Assembly (NCBI RefSeq): GCF_963921235.1
Contig: NC_086118.1
Location: 59,210,001-59,274,000 of the forward strand
Reading direction: 5' to 3'
Length of the DNA: 64,000 nt
Origin: Mobula hypostoma
Taxonomy: Eukaryota
Part shown: piece by piece, positions 1 to 13,750 of the stretch
Layout: each line of letters starts with the position of its first letter
Position numbering within the stretch: the stretch's first letter is position 1
Translations under genes and position numbers: made by a program
Notes under the pieces: generated by a model
Databases searched by the model: none
What the model saw: the letters and a program-made list of their open reading frames with translations, nothing else
What the model was told of the DNA's origin: nothing

Positions 1-609
1 CGTTGACCCCTCTAAGGGAAATAGTATTAGAATTAGGTTTAATATCACCAGCATTAGTTGAGTAATTTGTCTTTGCAGTACAATACAATATGTAATAATA
101 GAAAACACAACTAGTTGCTGTGTGTGTGTGTAGCAAAAATAGAAATAAAGAAGTGAGGTAGTGTTTATGGGTTCGGTATCCATTCCCTGGAAATCAGATG
201 GCAGAGGGGAAAGAGTTATTCCTGAATCATTGAGTGTGTGCCTTCAGGCTTCTATACCTCCTTCCAGATGATAGCCGTGAGAACAAGGCATGACCTGGCT
301 GACTGGCATCCTTGATGATGGATGCTACCTTTTCTAGGCATCGCTCCTTGGAGATGTCCTGGATACTATGAAGGCTAGTGCCCATGATGAGTTTTCTGAG
401 TGACTCAATCTAGGCCCCTTGTAATTTTGTACACATTAACTAAGCTACCCCTCAGCTGTCTGTCCCAGACAAGATCTCGCAGCCTATCCTTTTTTTCCCT
501 TATCTACAACATCCCTATTAAAGCTCCAAGATCCTCTACGCTGACTTTGTCCTATCTTGTCCTGTGTCACCAAGTACTCCATAACCTCGTCCTTAACAAT
601 TGACTTCAA

Positions 610-2620
610 CATCTTCCTAGTAGGCATCAGGCTCGCTTGTCTACAATTTTTCTGCTGCCTTCCTCTTAAAGAGTGGTGTGACATTTGTAATTTTCAAGTC
701 CTCCAGAACCATGCCAGAGTCCACCTTCACAATCTCTACCATATCTCTTTCAGAATCCTAGGGTGCAGTTCATCTTGTCCAGGTGACTTGGCTACCTTTG
801 GGTCTTTCAGCTTTTTGAGCAAGTTCTCCCTTTGTAATAGTAACTGCACTCACTTCTCTTTCCTCACACCCTTCAACATCTGGCACACTGCTAGTGTCTT
901 CCACAGCAAAATATTAATTTAGTTCATCTGCCATCTCCTTGTTCACCCGTTATTTCTTCGGCTTCACTTTTTAGCGGTTCTGTATCCATTCTCATCTTTC
1001 TTTTATATTTTTCTATCCTCCTTGATATGTTTGAAAGTTTGCAAGCTTGCTTCCATGTTTCATCTTTTCCCTTCTAATGATTCTTCAAGTTGCTTTCTGT
1101 ATCTTGCTGCTAATTTTTGTTTTGTATGCGCTCTCTTGATTTTACATTAACTTTGACTTCTTTGGTCATCCATGGTTGTACTATTTTGCCATTTAAGTAT
1201 TTCTTTTTTTGGAATATATCTATCCTGCACCTTGCTCATTTTCCCCAGAAACTCAAGTAATTTCCTTTACTCCAGTGAAATACTGCTACATCAGACTTTT
1301 ACTTTCTGTCTATCAAATTTCAGGTTGAACTCATACTGAGGTTACTGTCTCCCAAGGGTTCCTTTACCTTAAGCTCCCTAAATTGTCTCTTGTTCATTGC
1401 ATAACACCCAATCTGTTCGAAAAGGTCATCTTGTAAGCATTCAGCAAATTCACTTGAGATCCATTGCTAACCTGATATTTCCCAATCAAACTGCATAATT
1501 AAAATCTTGTTGCCCTTTTGACCTGCCTTTCTATTTCCCATTGTAATCTGTAGTCTACATCCCAACCCCTGTTGGGAGGCCTGTATCATCGTCCTTTTAC
1601 TCTTGTAGTTTCGTAACTCAACCAACAAGGATTCAACGTCTTCCGATCCTATGCCACGTCTTTCTAATGATTTGAAGCCATTCTTCACCAGCAGAGTCAT
1701 GCCGTCAAATCTGTCTCCCTTCCTTTTCCTCTGATACATTAGACATTCAGCTCCCAATTACAACCATCCTTCAGCCACTACTCAGTGATGGCCACAATAT
1801 CATACCTAGCTGCATGTAAAAGTGAAACAAGATCATCTACCTTATTTTTTATACTCCATGCATTGAGATATAACACTTTGAGCACTGTATTTGCTACCGT
1901 TTTTGATTCTGCATCCCTAATGCACTGATACTCATCCTGCTGGCTGCAATTTTATTGTCATCTGCCTGCCCTTCCTGACTGTCTGACTGAACGCTATCTT
2001 TGCTTTTTTTAGCATCTGTCCTATCCTGAGTCTCTTCACTCTTGATTCCCATTCCCCTGTCGAATTAGTTTAAACCCTCTCCGAAACCTCTAAATAACCT
2101 GCCTATGAGAATATTGGTTCTCCCTTGGGTTCAGGTGCAACCCGTTCCCTTTGTGCAGGTCATACCTCCCCTAGAAGAGATCCCAATGATCGAAGAACCT
2201 GAAGCCCTGCCCCCTGCACCAGCTTCTCAGCCATGCATTAATTTGCCAAATCATCCTGTTTCTACCCTCACTGGCACGTGGCACAGGTAGCAATCCAGAA
2301 ATTACTAACTGGGAAGTCCTCCTTCTTGGCTTTTTAACTAGCTCTTTAAATTCTCTTTTCAGGACCTTATCTCAGTTTCAGTTATACTATCTTCTTCAAA
2401 GACATCTGTCTGCTCCCTACCCCGCTCCAAAATGCTGTGGGCATGATCCGAGACGTCCCTGGGCGGCAACATACCATCTGGGTGTCCCATTCATGCCCAC
2501 AGAAGCTCCGGTCTGTTCCTCTGACTATTGAGCCAGCTCTCACTACTGCTCCCCTCTTCTCCATCTTTCCTTTCTGCACCATGGACCCACGCTCAGTGCT
2601 GGACTGGGTTTTCCTGATCG
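610..2620 (-). mobile_element. Degenerate CR1-clade LINE: ORF1 esterase region and start of ORF2
   Basis: Minus-strand peptide GSIVRGTDRSFCGHEWDTQMVCCRPG resembles the GDSL/SGNH esterase of CR1 ORF1. RRGIGSEDVESLLVELRN resembles the CR1 endonuclease. Many stops and frameshifts. Confidence 0.7.
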
Positions 2621-4299
2621 TTCACATCCTTGAATCGATTCTGAAAATCCTTCAGTGACTGCAGGTATAAGCAGTACGCTTGTAAATCACTGTGACTGAA
2701 AGAGAGTACTATACCTTCCATGTAGGGAAACTGAGAACAATTCTTGCAATGTTTTGCTTATATATTTCACATTTTCTGATAAAAGTGGTCACTGTACTTT
2801 TTGACTGGATTAAATTGAAATTCTCACCCTGCAGTTTCATATTTAGAATATTTAGGAAGAGTTTTGGCCCAAAACGTCGACTGTACTTTTTTCCCATTGA
2901 CGTTGCTTTGCCTGCTGAGTTCCTCCAGCAGTTTGTGTGTGTTGCTCGGATTTCCAGCATCTGCAGATTTTCTCTTGTTCATATTTAGAATGTTCATTTT
3001 GTCATACAGCTCGGCTGGGTATGCCACATCTCCACGTAGAAGTTCTATCTTGTTTCCCAAGCTCTTTGAGCAAAAATTCAACCACAGTGTCAAAAAAAAT
3101 CAAAGGAACGTTTTAAACAGCAGCTTTTTGACAGCCAACACACTTCAGTATGAAGAAGCAAGTTTTAAACTCTTCATTGTTATCTTGGCATAACTGGTAA
3201 AATATTCTGCTATTTAAAGGGTGAGCTTTAATTTTGTTGATGTCGGATATTACAAGAGTCGTGCTTGAAAAAAAAGTCACTGACTGGGATATTGATGATC
3301 AACAGACTTGGAATTTCTTTTCATAAATGCCACTAAACTAGCATAGCGACGAGTGGTATTTGGTGCTCCATCTGTTACACAAGGAATATTCCTAATGGGA
3401 ATTATTTTATCCTCTATATACATTTTGAGCTTGTCGTAGATTGATTCTCCATCGATATTTGTTTTTAGCTTTTTACAAAAGAAAATCTCCATAAACTTTT
3501 CCTTCTTTGATGAACCGTGCATATGCCATTGTTGTCTTGCACAGTTGCCTCATCCAGTTGTGTCCCAAATTCTGTTCTTTGTAGCTCTGTGCACAATGTA
3601 TTCACTTATTTCGTCAATATGATGAGCTGGAGAGTTATTACTCAGAAGAATTGATTTTAAAATACCGGTATCCATTTTGAGAACAATGGTGAGCACTTCT
3701 GATACAGCAGGCATTGTTAATCTTTCACCGATTATATGAGATTTTGCATACTTTGCTATCATTTTTGGGAGTGTTATAAGAAGTGGTGAGACAACAATCA
3801 AGGTCGTTTTTAGCTTTTGGCAAATGACTTGAGTGCAACGCTTTTCAAATGTTTCTTTCCTCCTCTGGAACTGAGAAATAGCAAAATAGCCTTTCTTGGG
3901 TGTCTGTTACGGAACTGTTGCTGCAATCTTCATTGAACAGTGCAGTGTTAGAAATAAGACACATGGAACGTCGCTGATCTGACGGGAACGGAATAAAACC
4001 GTACTCCAGGTATTGACACATTTTCTAAAATTCAAGGCTTCGGGACTTTCAGACTTGTAGAGGCGCACCGTGTCTAGTTATCTATCATTAATGGGGCTAA
4101 ATTAAAACAAAAAAATTAACACAAACTGGGAATGCCTATCAGATGTTCGCATGGCATTGAACAGACAGTCAGGTCTTGTGCCTCAAGTTAGGGTGTGGCT
4201 TACCATACCCCCAACACAACAGTCTTGAGCACTTCCCTACGATTGCTATTTCCCCTAATGCCCCTTTAGGACATGTAACCACCCCCTTGGGAATCACTG
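2620..4299 (-). mobile_element. Degenerate hAT (Charlie/Buster-type) DNA transposon with one surviving end
   Basis: Fragments KSHIIGERLTMPAVSEVL and FCKKLKTNIDGESIY...CVTDGAP match Charlie/SCAND3-like transposases. TIR-like end TTGGGAATCACTG (4287-4299) is followed by ACCTAACA, an NNNTANNN target typical of Charlie. A short Penelope-type terminal fragment is inserted at about 2855-2980. Confidence 0.75.
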
Positions 4300-4514
4300 A
4301 CCTAACAGATCCTTCAACTTTGAGTATCTTAACCAAGACTGCTTTTGTCCTCTTGGGTAAGAGGTTTCATTTCAGAGATCATGCTATTTATTACAGCACT
4401 GCTTTGAGCATTGTAATACTGATTGTGAGCAGGTATTTTTCTTGGCGAAGTGTCTTGGAACGTTCTGAGGTTGTGAGAAGGTGCTTTTGATGTGTATGTT
4501 TTGCTTGCGTGCAG

Positions 4515-4619
4515 ATAGAGGAGTTGGGCTCTGAGGGGAAGGTAGAAGAAGCCCAGGGTATGATGAAACTCGTGGAACAGCTGAAAGACGAACGGGAACA
4601 GCTACGATCTGCCAGTTCG
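4515..4619 (+). CDS. LUC7L3: LUC7L3 coding exon (105 bp, probably exon 6)
   Basis: gcag| ... |gtgagt boundaries. Encodes IEELGSEGKVEEAQGMMKLVEQLKDEREQLRSASS. Confidence 0.97.
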
Positions 4620-4710
4620 GTGAGTCTTCCGTAGTTCACTGACATTAGTATCTCAGCTGTTTAGAGAAGTAATGTATGTTTTGAAAAATAATAATTGAAT
4701 ATTTCTGCAG

Positions 4711-4872
4711 ACCATCGAGAGCTTTGCAGCCCAGGAGAAACAGATGGAAGTGTGCGAAGTATGTGGTGCATTTCTTATTGTGGGAGATGCCCAGTCCCGG
4801 GTCGATGACCATTTAATGGGAAAACAGCACATGGGTTACGCAAAGATCAAAGCAACAGTGGAAGAACTGAAG
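4711..4872 (+). CDS. LUC7L3: LUC7L3 coding exon (162 bp), second zinc finger
   Basis: tttctgcag| ... |gttagt. Encodes TIESFAAQEKQMEVCEVCGAFLIVGDAQSRVDDHLMGKQHMGYAKIKATVEELK, the LUC7 ZnF2. Follows a 91-bp intron. Confidence 0.98.
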
Positions 4873-5981
4873 GTTAGTCTGTAGTCAGGACGTTGTAAAG
4901 GTTAGACCAGACCTTACTGTGGTTCTGCACTGTGGCAAAGACATACTCATGGGGTGGGGGTGGAATGTTCACCAGACTGATAATGGGCTAAAGGAGTATT
5001 TTTCAGGCAATTTGTGTGAATTTTGGTCTTTAAGCCTTTAAGTTTAAAAATTTAAATATTGATCCAATGGAGATAATGAGACATGGAATCTAATAGGTCC
5101 TTGTGTTGGTCTGTGCATTTAATGTTTCGTGTTTATTGGTTGCGTTTACTATGTTGGCAAGCAGACCAGTGTGCATGGTCTGCATTCTGTTGGGGGGTTG
5201 TTTGGCATGTATTAATGGAACGTGGAGCTTGTATGGAATTGACTTTATTACTTGCATCCTTCAAATAGGTGAGTAAAAATCTTTACGTTATGTCTCTGTT
5301 CAAATGTGCATTTGTAGTAATCTATAATATGTACAACAGGACAGTCAATATAACATAGAAGTACAGTTCTGTCAGCTTGAATTAATCAGTCTGATGGCCT
5401 GGTGGAAGAAGTTGTCCCGGAACCTGTTGGTCCCGGCTTTTATGCTGCGGTACTGTTTCCCGGATGGTAGCAGCAGGAGCAATTTATGATTGGGGTGATT
5501 TGGGTCTCCAATAGTCCTTCGTCTTTTTACACACCTGTCTTTGTAAATGTCCTGAATAGTGGGAAGTTCACAACTACAGATGTGCTGGGCTGTCCGCACC
5601 ACTCTCTGTAGAGTCCTGTGAATGAGGGAAGTACAGTTCCCATATCAGGCAGTGATGCAGCTAGTCAGGATGCTCTCAATTGTACCCCTGTAGAAAGTTC
5701 TTAGGGTTTGGGGTGGGGGGCATACCAATCGTCTTCAACCATTTGTGGTGAAAGAGGTGCTGTTGTGCCAGTGTTATGTACAGACCATGTGAAATCCTTG
5801 GTGCTGTTTATGCTGAGGAACTTAAAGCCATTCACCCTCTCAACTCCAGATCCATTTATGTCTATAGGGGTTAGTCTGTCTCTATTCCTCCTGTAGTCCA
5901 CAACCAGCTGCTTTGTTTTTGCGACGTTGAGGGATAGGTTGTTTTCTTGACATCACTGTGTCAGGGTCATGACTTCCTCTC

Positions 5982-7141
5982 TTTCAAAAGGCTTTTGACA
6001 AGGTCCCACACAGGAGATTAGTGTGCAAACTTAAAGCTCACGGTATTGGGGGTAAGGTATTGGTGTGGGTGGAGAATTGGTTAGCAGACAGGAAGCAAAG
6101 AGTGGGAATAAACGGGACCTTTTCAGAATGGCAGGCGGTGACTAGTGGGGTACCGCAAGGCTCAGTGCTGGGACCCCAGTTGTTTACAATATATATTAAT
6201 GACTTGGATGAGGGAATTAAATGCAGCATCTCCAAGTTTGCGGATGACACGAAGCTGGGTGGCAGTGTTAGCAGTGAGGAGGATGCTAAGAGGATGCAGG
6301 GTGACTTGGATAGGTTGGGTGAGTGGGCAAACTCATGGCAGATGCAATTTAATGTGGATAAATGTGAAGTTATCCACTTTGGTGGCAAAAATAGGAAAAC
6401 AGATTATTATCTGAATGGTGGCCGATTAGGAAAAGGGGAGGTGCAACGAGACCTGGGTGTCATTATACACCAGTCATTGAAAGTGGGCATGCAGGTACAG
6501 CAGGCGGTGAAAAAGGCGAACGGTATGCTGGCATTTATAGCGAGAGGATTCGAGTACAGGAGCAGGGAGGTACTACTGCAGTTGTACAAGGCCTTGGTGA
6601 GACCACACCTGGAGTATTGTGTGCAGTTTTGGTCCCCTAATCTGAGGAAAGACATCTTTGCCATAGAGGGAGTACAAAGAAGGTTCACCAGATTGATTCC
6701 TGGGATGGCAGGTCTTTCATATGAAGAAAGACTGGATGAATTGGGCTTGTACTCGTTGGAATTTAGATGATTGAGGGGGGATCTGATTGAAACGTATAAG
6801 ATCCTAAAGGGATTGGACAGGCTAGATGCGGGAAGATTGTTCCCGATGTTGGGGAGGTCCAGAACGAGGGGTCACAGTTTGAGGATAGAGGGGAAGCCTT
6901 TTAGGACCGAGATTAGGAAAAACTTCTTCACACAGAGAGTGGTGAATCTGTGGAATTCTCTGCCACAGGAAACTGTTGAGGCTAGTTCATTGGCTATGTT
7001 TAAGAGGGAGTTAGATATGGCCCTTGTGGCTACAGGGGTCAGGGGGTATGGAGGGAAGGCTGGGTTCTGAGTTGGATGATCAGCCATGATCATAATAAAT
7101 GAAGGGCCGAATGGCCTACTCCTGCACCTATTTTCTATGTT
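5982..7141 (+). mobile_element. Young 5'-truncated CR1 LINE (RT C-terminus and 3' UTR)
   Basis: GVPQGSVLGP and KFADDTKLG motifs, one in-frame TGA at about 6768, TTTCTATG tail. Nearly identical to 27500-28686. Confidence 0.93.
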
Positions 7142-7794
7142 TAGGCTGCCTCATTATTATTTGAGATTAGGCCAAACAGTGTAGTGCTGTGGGTGGGGAT
7201 ACAGTCATGGGTATACAGAAAGTAAAGGAGGTGGCTTAGGACACAGCCCTGAGGGGCATGTGTGTTGAGGGTCAGAGGGGCAGAGGCAAGGGAGCCCACT
7301 CTTACCACCTGCCAGCGATCTGACAGGAAGTCCAGGATCCAGCTACACCAGGCAGGGTGAAGGCTGAGGTCTCTGAGCTTCTTGTTGAGCCTGGAGGGCT
7401 GTTAAAGGCTGAACTGTAGTCTTAAAAACTCTCTCATAAGCATCTCTCTTCAGATGTGCAAGGACGATGTGTGGCTATTGTGTCATCTGTCAATTGGTTG
7501 TGTCGGTAGGCGAATTGTAGAGGGTTCAGTGTGAGTGGCAGCATGCTGCCCATTAGTCCTTGATCAGGTTCTCAAATCATTTGCTGCTTATTATTGTGAG
7601 TGTGACAGGACGCCAGTCATTCAGACATGTTACCTTGGTCTTTTTAGGTGCAGGGACAGTGGTGGATGTTTTGAAGCAGGGAGGCATGACACTGGGAGAG
7701 GGAGAGATTAAAAATGTCTGTAAACACACCTGCCAGTTGTGCCATGCACATCCTGAGTAATCGCCCTGGGATGTGGTCTGGTCCTGCAGCCTAG

Positions 7795-9410
7795 GGTAAT
7801 GGATGAATTGAAGGAAACTTATATTAGGCAGGAAATGGTGTTGGATAGGCTGTTGGGTCTGAAGGCTGGTAAGTCCCCGGGACCTGATGGTCTGCATCCC
7901 AGGGTACTTAAGGAGGTGGCTTTAGAAATCGCAGACGCATTGGTAATCATTTTCCAATGTTCTATAGATTTCAGGATCAGTTCCTGTGGATTGGAGGGTG
8001 GCTAATGTTGTCCCTCTCTTCAAGAATGGAGGAAGAGAGAAAACAGGGAATTATAGACCGGTTAGCCTGACGTCGGTGGTGGGAAAGATGCTGGAGTCAA
8101 TTATAAAAGATGAAATTATGACACATCTGGATAGTAGTAACAGGATTGGTCCGAGTCAGCATGGATTTACGAAGGGGAAATCGTGCTTGACTAATCTTCT
8201 GGAATTTTTTGAGGATGTAACTATGAAAATGGACAAGGGAGAGCCAGTGGATGTAGTGTACCTGGACTTTCAGAAAGCCTTTGATAAAGTCCCACATAGG
8301 AGATTAGTGGGCAAAATTAGGGCACATGGCATTGGGGGCAGAGTACTGACATGGATTGAAAATTGGCTAGCTGACAGAAAACAAAGAGTAGGGATTAACG
8401 GGTCCCTTTCGGAATGGCAGGCGGTGACCAGTGAGGTACCGCAGGGTTCAGTGCTGGGTCCGCAGCTGTTTACAATGTACATTAATGATTTAGATGAGCG
8501 AATTAAAAGTAACATTAGCAAATTTGCCGATGACACAGCTGGGTGGCAGTCTGAAATGTGAGGAGGATGTTATGAGAATGCAGGGTGACTTGGACAGGCT
8601 GGGTGAGTGGGCAGATGCAGTTTAAAGTGGGTAAATGTGAGGTTATCCACTTTGGTAAGAACGGGAAGGCAGATTATTATCTAAATGGAGTCAAGTTAGG
8701 AAAAGGGGAAGCACAATGAGATCTAGGTGTTCTTGTACATCAGTCACTGAAAGCAAGCATGGAAGTATAGCAGGCAGTGAAGAAAGCTAATGGCATGCTG
8801 GCCTTCATAACAAGGGGAATTGAGTATAAGAGCAAAGAGGTCCTTCTGCAGTTGTACAGGGCCCTGCTGAGACCACACCTGGAGTACTGTGTGCAATTTT
8901 GGTCTCCAAATTTGAGGAAGGACATTCTAGCTATTGAGGGAGTGTAGTGTAGGTTCACAAGGTTAATTCCGGGGATGACGGGAGCGACTGGGCTTGTATA
9001 CTCTGGAATTTAGAAGGCTGAGAGGGGATCTTATTGAAACATATAAGATTATTAAGGGATTGGACACGCTGGAGGCAGGAAGCATGTTCCCACTGATGGG
9101 TGAGTCCAGAACCAGAGGCCACAGTTTAAGAATTAGGAGTAGGCCATTTAGAACGGAGTTGAGGAAAAACTTTTTCTCCCAGAGAGTGGTGGATATATGG
9201 AATGCTCTGCCCTAGAAGGCTGTGGAGGCCAAGTCTCTGAATGCTTTCAAGAAAGAGATGGAAAGAGCTCTTAAAGATAGTGGAATCAAAGGTTATGGGG
9301 ATAAGGCAGGAACTGGCTACTGATTGTGGATGATCAGCCATGATCACAGTGAATGGCGGTGCTGGCTCGAAGGGCCGAATGGCCTACTCCTGCACCTATT
9401 GTCTATTGAC
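7795..9410 (+). mobile_element. 5'-truncated CR1 LINE of a different, older subfamily
   Basis: RT motifs GNYRPVSLTS, YLDFQKAFD and KFADDT, with frameshifts. CTATTGT-type tail. Confidence 0.9.
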
Positions 9411-11246
9411 TGTCCGCCCATTGGAAATACCGGTGTACTTTGGCCTCAGATGACCAAGCTGCCAGTGGCATCCTGCAGGTCTCCTCAGAGGCTCAGTATT
9501 GGTGACGTTGAATCGGGCGTTTAAAAAAAAAGATTTTGTTTGTCTGGGAGAGAGGCATTGATATTGGAAACTCCACTGTGTTTAGCTTTGAAGTCTGCAA
9601 TGGTGTGCAGACCTTGCCATAAGATGTGTGTGTTGTTGGTGGAAAGTTGAGTCTGAATCTTGTCTCTGTATTGTTTCACTGCTTTGATGACTCTGTACAG
9701 ATCGTAGCTACATTTCTTTAGCTCTTGTTGATTACTGGCAATGTAAGCTCTATGTTGCGCTGTAAGTGCTGCTCGCACAGAACTGTTGATCTAGGGTTTC
9801 TGATTCAGGAAGACCCTGACTGATTTCTGGGGGACAGCATCCTCGATGCACTTCCGGATGAAACTCGTGACCTCTTCCATGAACTCGGGAGACATCCTCA
9901 TCATGGAAGACATTCCAGTCAACTTCATCAAAGCTGTTCCTTAGCATGGTTGGACCAACAGTGGATGGTTTTAACTATGGCGGCCTCTTGTTTCAGCTTC
10001 TGCCTGTACTTTGGCACCAGAAAAATGGAAGAGAAATGACTAAAGTCTCTCTGAAGTTTTGTCAGCACATCCAGTGTTTTGTAAGCATTGCGGAAGGGAG
10101 AGTAGCAGTGTTCGAGTATGCTATCTCCCTGTGTGCTTACCTGGATGTGCTGACAAAACTTCAGAGAGACTTTAGTCAGCGATGCTCTATTAAAGTCTCC
10201 GTGAAGATGAAGACAGCCTGCGATGTATTATACACAGCTGTGAACTCCCTAGGCAGTCAGGGAGGCCTACACAGCAGCACCAGGTACTCCAGATCTGGGG
10301 AACGAAAGGATTTGAGGGCATTCACATTCCGGGAGTCGCACCAGGCATTATTGGCTATGCATTGTTTGAATATTACATACATAGAACATTACAGCACAGG
10401 CCTTTCGGCCCTCGAGGTTGCACCAACCTTTTAACTTCTTCCAATATCAATCTAACCCTTTCCTTCCACATAGCCCTCCATTTTTCTCTCATCTGTGTGC
10501 CAGTGTAAATCTCTGAACTGTCCCTTGTATATCTGCCTCTACCGTCACCCCTGGTAGCGTGTTCCATGCATTCACCACTCTAAACATGATGTACCTCTGG
10601 CACTAAGATAGTGTAGTGGTTAGCATGCTATTACAGCTCGGTGTCAGTTCAGAGACCGGTCCTGGCATCCTTTAGGGAATGTCTGTTGTCCTCCTACAGT
10701 CTGAAGATGTACAGGGTTGCTTAATTTGATAAGTTGTACTGCGATTAAATTTAGGGTTAAATTGGGGTTGTCAGGGGTTGCTGGGTGGCCTGGTTCAAAG
10801 GGATGTATCTCTATAAAAGATAAAATAATCTCCCCTATATTTCTCTCCAATAACCTTAAAATTATGTCCACTCATGTTGGCTATTTTCATACTGGGGGAA
10901 AAAGGTTTCTGGCTGGCCATTTGCATTATGCTTATCTTGTGCACTTCTATCAGATCATCTCTCTCCAGAGAGGGGAAAATCCCTAACTTCAACTTTCCTG
11001 ATGAGACTCATTCTAATCCGGGCAGCATCCTGGTAAATCTCCCGTACACCCTCTTTAAAGTTTCCTGTGAGGTGACCAGAACTGAACTGGAATGTATAAC
11101 TGTGCTCAAGCGTTGACGAACAGGAGAATGTTTAGGCTGCTGTAGTGTATTTGTGTTTTAGAAGAGGGGTGATTATGATTGTGCAAGGGATGTGTTGGTC
11201 TGTGTGGAGCTTGTGTGCTCGTGTTCATGTGTTTCTTTCTGTCCAG

Positions 11247-11536
11247 GAGAAAGTTCGGAAAAAGACTGAGGAACCAGAACGTGATGACAAATTAAAACGA
11301 GAACGAGAAGAGAGGGAGCTGGAACGTGAGCGAGAGCGTGAGGAGCGGGAGAAGAAACGTCGTCGGGAAGAGGAGGAGAAAGAAAAAGAGCGGGAGCGTG
11401 AAAGAGAGGCGCGTCGGAGGAGGAGTCACTCACGTAGTCGACACTCTCACTCCAGCCGAGCGTCTGAGCGGCGACGGAGCAGATCACGAGAACGCAGGCG
11501 TTCCCGCAGCAGAGAACGAGAGAAGAAACGGAGCAG
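11247..11536 (+). CDS. LUC7L3: LUC7L3 coding exon (290 bp), RE/RS domain
   Basis: ctgtccag| ... ag|gtattt. Encodes EKVRKKTEEPERDDKLKRERE...RRSRSREREKKRS. Confidence 0.96.
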
Positions 11537-12079
11537 GTATTTCATGCGATAGCATACTGGAGAGGAGTTTCCGGCCTCTCTGTATCTTGTGGTCAGTGAT
11601 CCCTTCTGTTCTGGAGTTTTCCAGGGTTCATTATGATTCCCTTCCCGACAGGTGGAATGTGGCAGGGTCCCTGTTAGCCTGCGGGGTCTCATCCTTGCGT
11701 GAGCGCATTAGAGTAGACGACATGGTATGGGATCCATCCCTGCATGATTTCCTGTTTAGTCTTTTTCAGTGCCTGGATTCACAATCGCATCGATTTAGCC
11801 TGGAAATAAAACCTGTTCTGCCACCTGCATTAAGCAGTGTTTAAGTGTTGTCTATGTGAATGGTCTTCTCAACCACTCTACCAACTTGGGTGGCAATTTT
11901 GAGGAATCTATGAATGTGGATACCAAGATCCTTCTGTGTCTCCACGCTACTACCAGAGGGAACCAGTGTGTCTGAACAGTTAGTGGAGAGGTTGTGGAGA
12001 TGGATCTTGGTAAAACCTCAAAGATTGAACATGGTCCAGCTAATATTCTGAGCTGTGTGTGGGGATGAACTCAGGTCAT

Positions 12080-13750
12080 GGGTCAGCTTCCGGAATGAGA
12101 CTCAATATTCTGGGGCTCCGTTGTTCTTGGATGTGACAGATTGGGAGGGATTAAAGGACGAGGGGGTGGTGTTACCAGTTGGAAAATGACACAGTAGTCC
12201 TCGCAGGACAGACTGGAGAACTCGTCTAGTGAGGCGTTATGAGCAGAACTGTGAAATAAGAAAGGCACGGCCACATTAATGGGGCTATATTACAGACCTC
12301 CCAATGGTGCTAGAGATTTAGAGGAGGAAATTTTTAGAGAGATTAGACTTGCAAGAAACATAAGGTTGTTATAGTAGGTGATTTTTGACTTCCACATATT
12401 GACTGGGATTCCCATAACATCATAGGACTAGATGAAATATTTTGTCAAATTTTAGATCTGTATTTACTCAGGAGGTAGATACAGTCTGTAGAAGTGAGGC
12501 CATGTAGGACCTTGTACAGATTGCAAGAGGAGGTATTTTGCTATCCTGAGGGCCTCAAGTGCAGAAATTGCCAGGGCCCTAGTGGAGTTATCTAAATTAT
12601 CCTTAGTGACAGGAGAGGTACCAAAGCATTGGAGAATAGCCAATGTTGTTCTGCTGTTTAAAAAAGGCTCTAAACATAGACCAGGAATTTATAGGTGGGT
12701 GAATCTGACATCAGTTGTGGGAAATTTACTGGAAGGTATTCTAAGGGACAGGATATAAGTATTTGATAGACATGGACTGATTAAGGATAGTCAGAATGGC
12801 TTTGTGCATGGAAGGTCATGTGTAACCAATGTTATAGAGTTTTTCTAGGAATTTGCCAGGAAAGTGGATGAAGGCAAGGCGGTGGGTACTGTCTGTAGGG
12901 ACACTAGCAAGGCATTTGATGAGGTCTTGCAAGAGAGGTTGGTCAAGAAGATTCAGTAGCTAGGCATTCATGATGAGGTAGTAAACTGGATTTACTACAA
13001 GGGGTCAGTGCTGGGTCCATTGTTGTTTGTCATCCATATCAATGATCTAGATGATAATGTGGTTAACTGGATCAGCAAATTTGTAGATGACACCAATATT
13101 GGGGGTGTAGTGGACAGTGAATCAGGCTATCGTGGCTTGCAGAGGGAGCTGCATCAGGTGGAAAAATGGCAGATAGAATTTAATGCAGACAAGTGTGAGG
13201 TGTTGCAGTTAGGGAGGAAAAACCAAGGTAGGGCTTAGTAGGGCACTGAGGAATGCAGAAGAACAGGGATTTGGGAATACCTATCTATAATTCCTTGGAA
13301 ATTGCATTGCAGGTAGGTAGATTCATAAAGCGTTTGGCAAGTTGGTCTTCATAAACCAAATATTGAATACAGTAGTTGGGATATTGTGTTGAAATTGTAT
13401 AAGGCATTAGTGAAGCCTAATTTGCAATGTTATGTGCAGTTTTGGTCACCTACCTGCAGAAAATATTTAGATTGAAAGATGCAGCGAGAATTTACAATGG
13501 TTTTGCCGGGACTTGAAAACCTGAGTTATAGGGAAAGGTTGAACGAGTTTCGACTTTATTCCTTGGATCATAGGAGAATGAGCAGAGATTTGATGGAGGA
13601 GTATAGAAGGGTAAATGAAGCAGGCTTTTTCCACCGAGGTTGGGCAAGATTAGACCTGGTGGTGGTGGGTTAAGGGTGAAAGATTTTTGGGAGAACACTT
13701 CACTCAGGTTGGTGACATGTGTGGAACAAGCTGCCAGTAGTGGTGGTGGA
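12080..13750 (+). mobile_element. Old, internally deleted CR1 LINE ORF2 remnant
   Basis: Fragments LGPLLFVIHINDLD...KFVDDT and endonuclease-like YYRPPN, with many lesions. Confidence 0.75.

Larger units (their letters stand above)
5236..10360 (-). mobile_element. Rex1/Babar-type LINE, degenerate, split by two CR1 insertions
   Basis: Minus-strand peptides [53 protein letters not shown] and ILWQGLHTIADFK occur in collinear order. The sequence resumes across each CR1 insert. Confidence 0.8.

Noticed and set aside
5007-5268. Apparent LUC7L3 poison exon ending at TAG|GTGAGT (5269)
   Set aside because: The donor lies within the antisense 3' tail of the Rex LINE (same tail at about 23010-23060), and nothing else supports its use.
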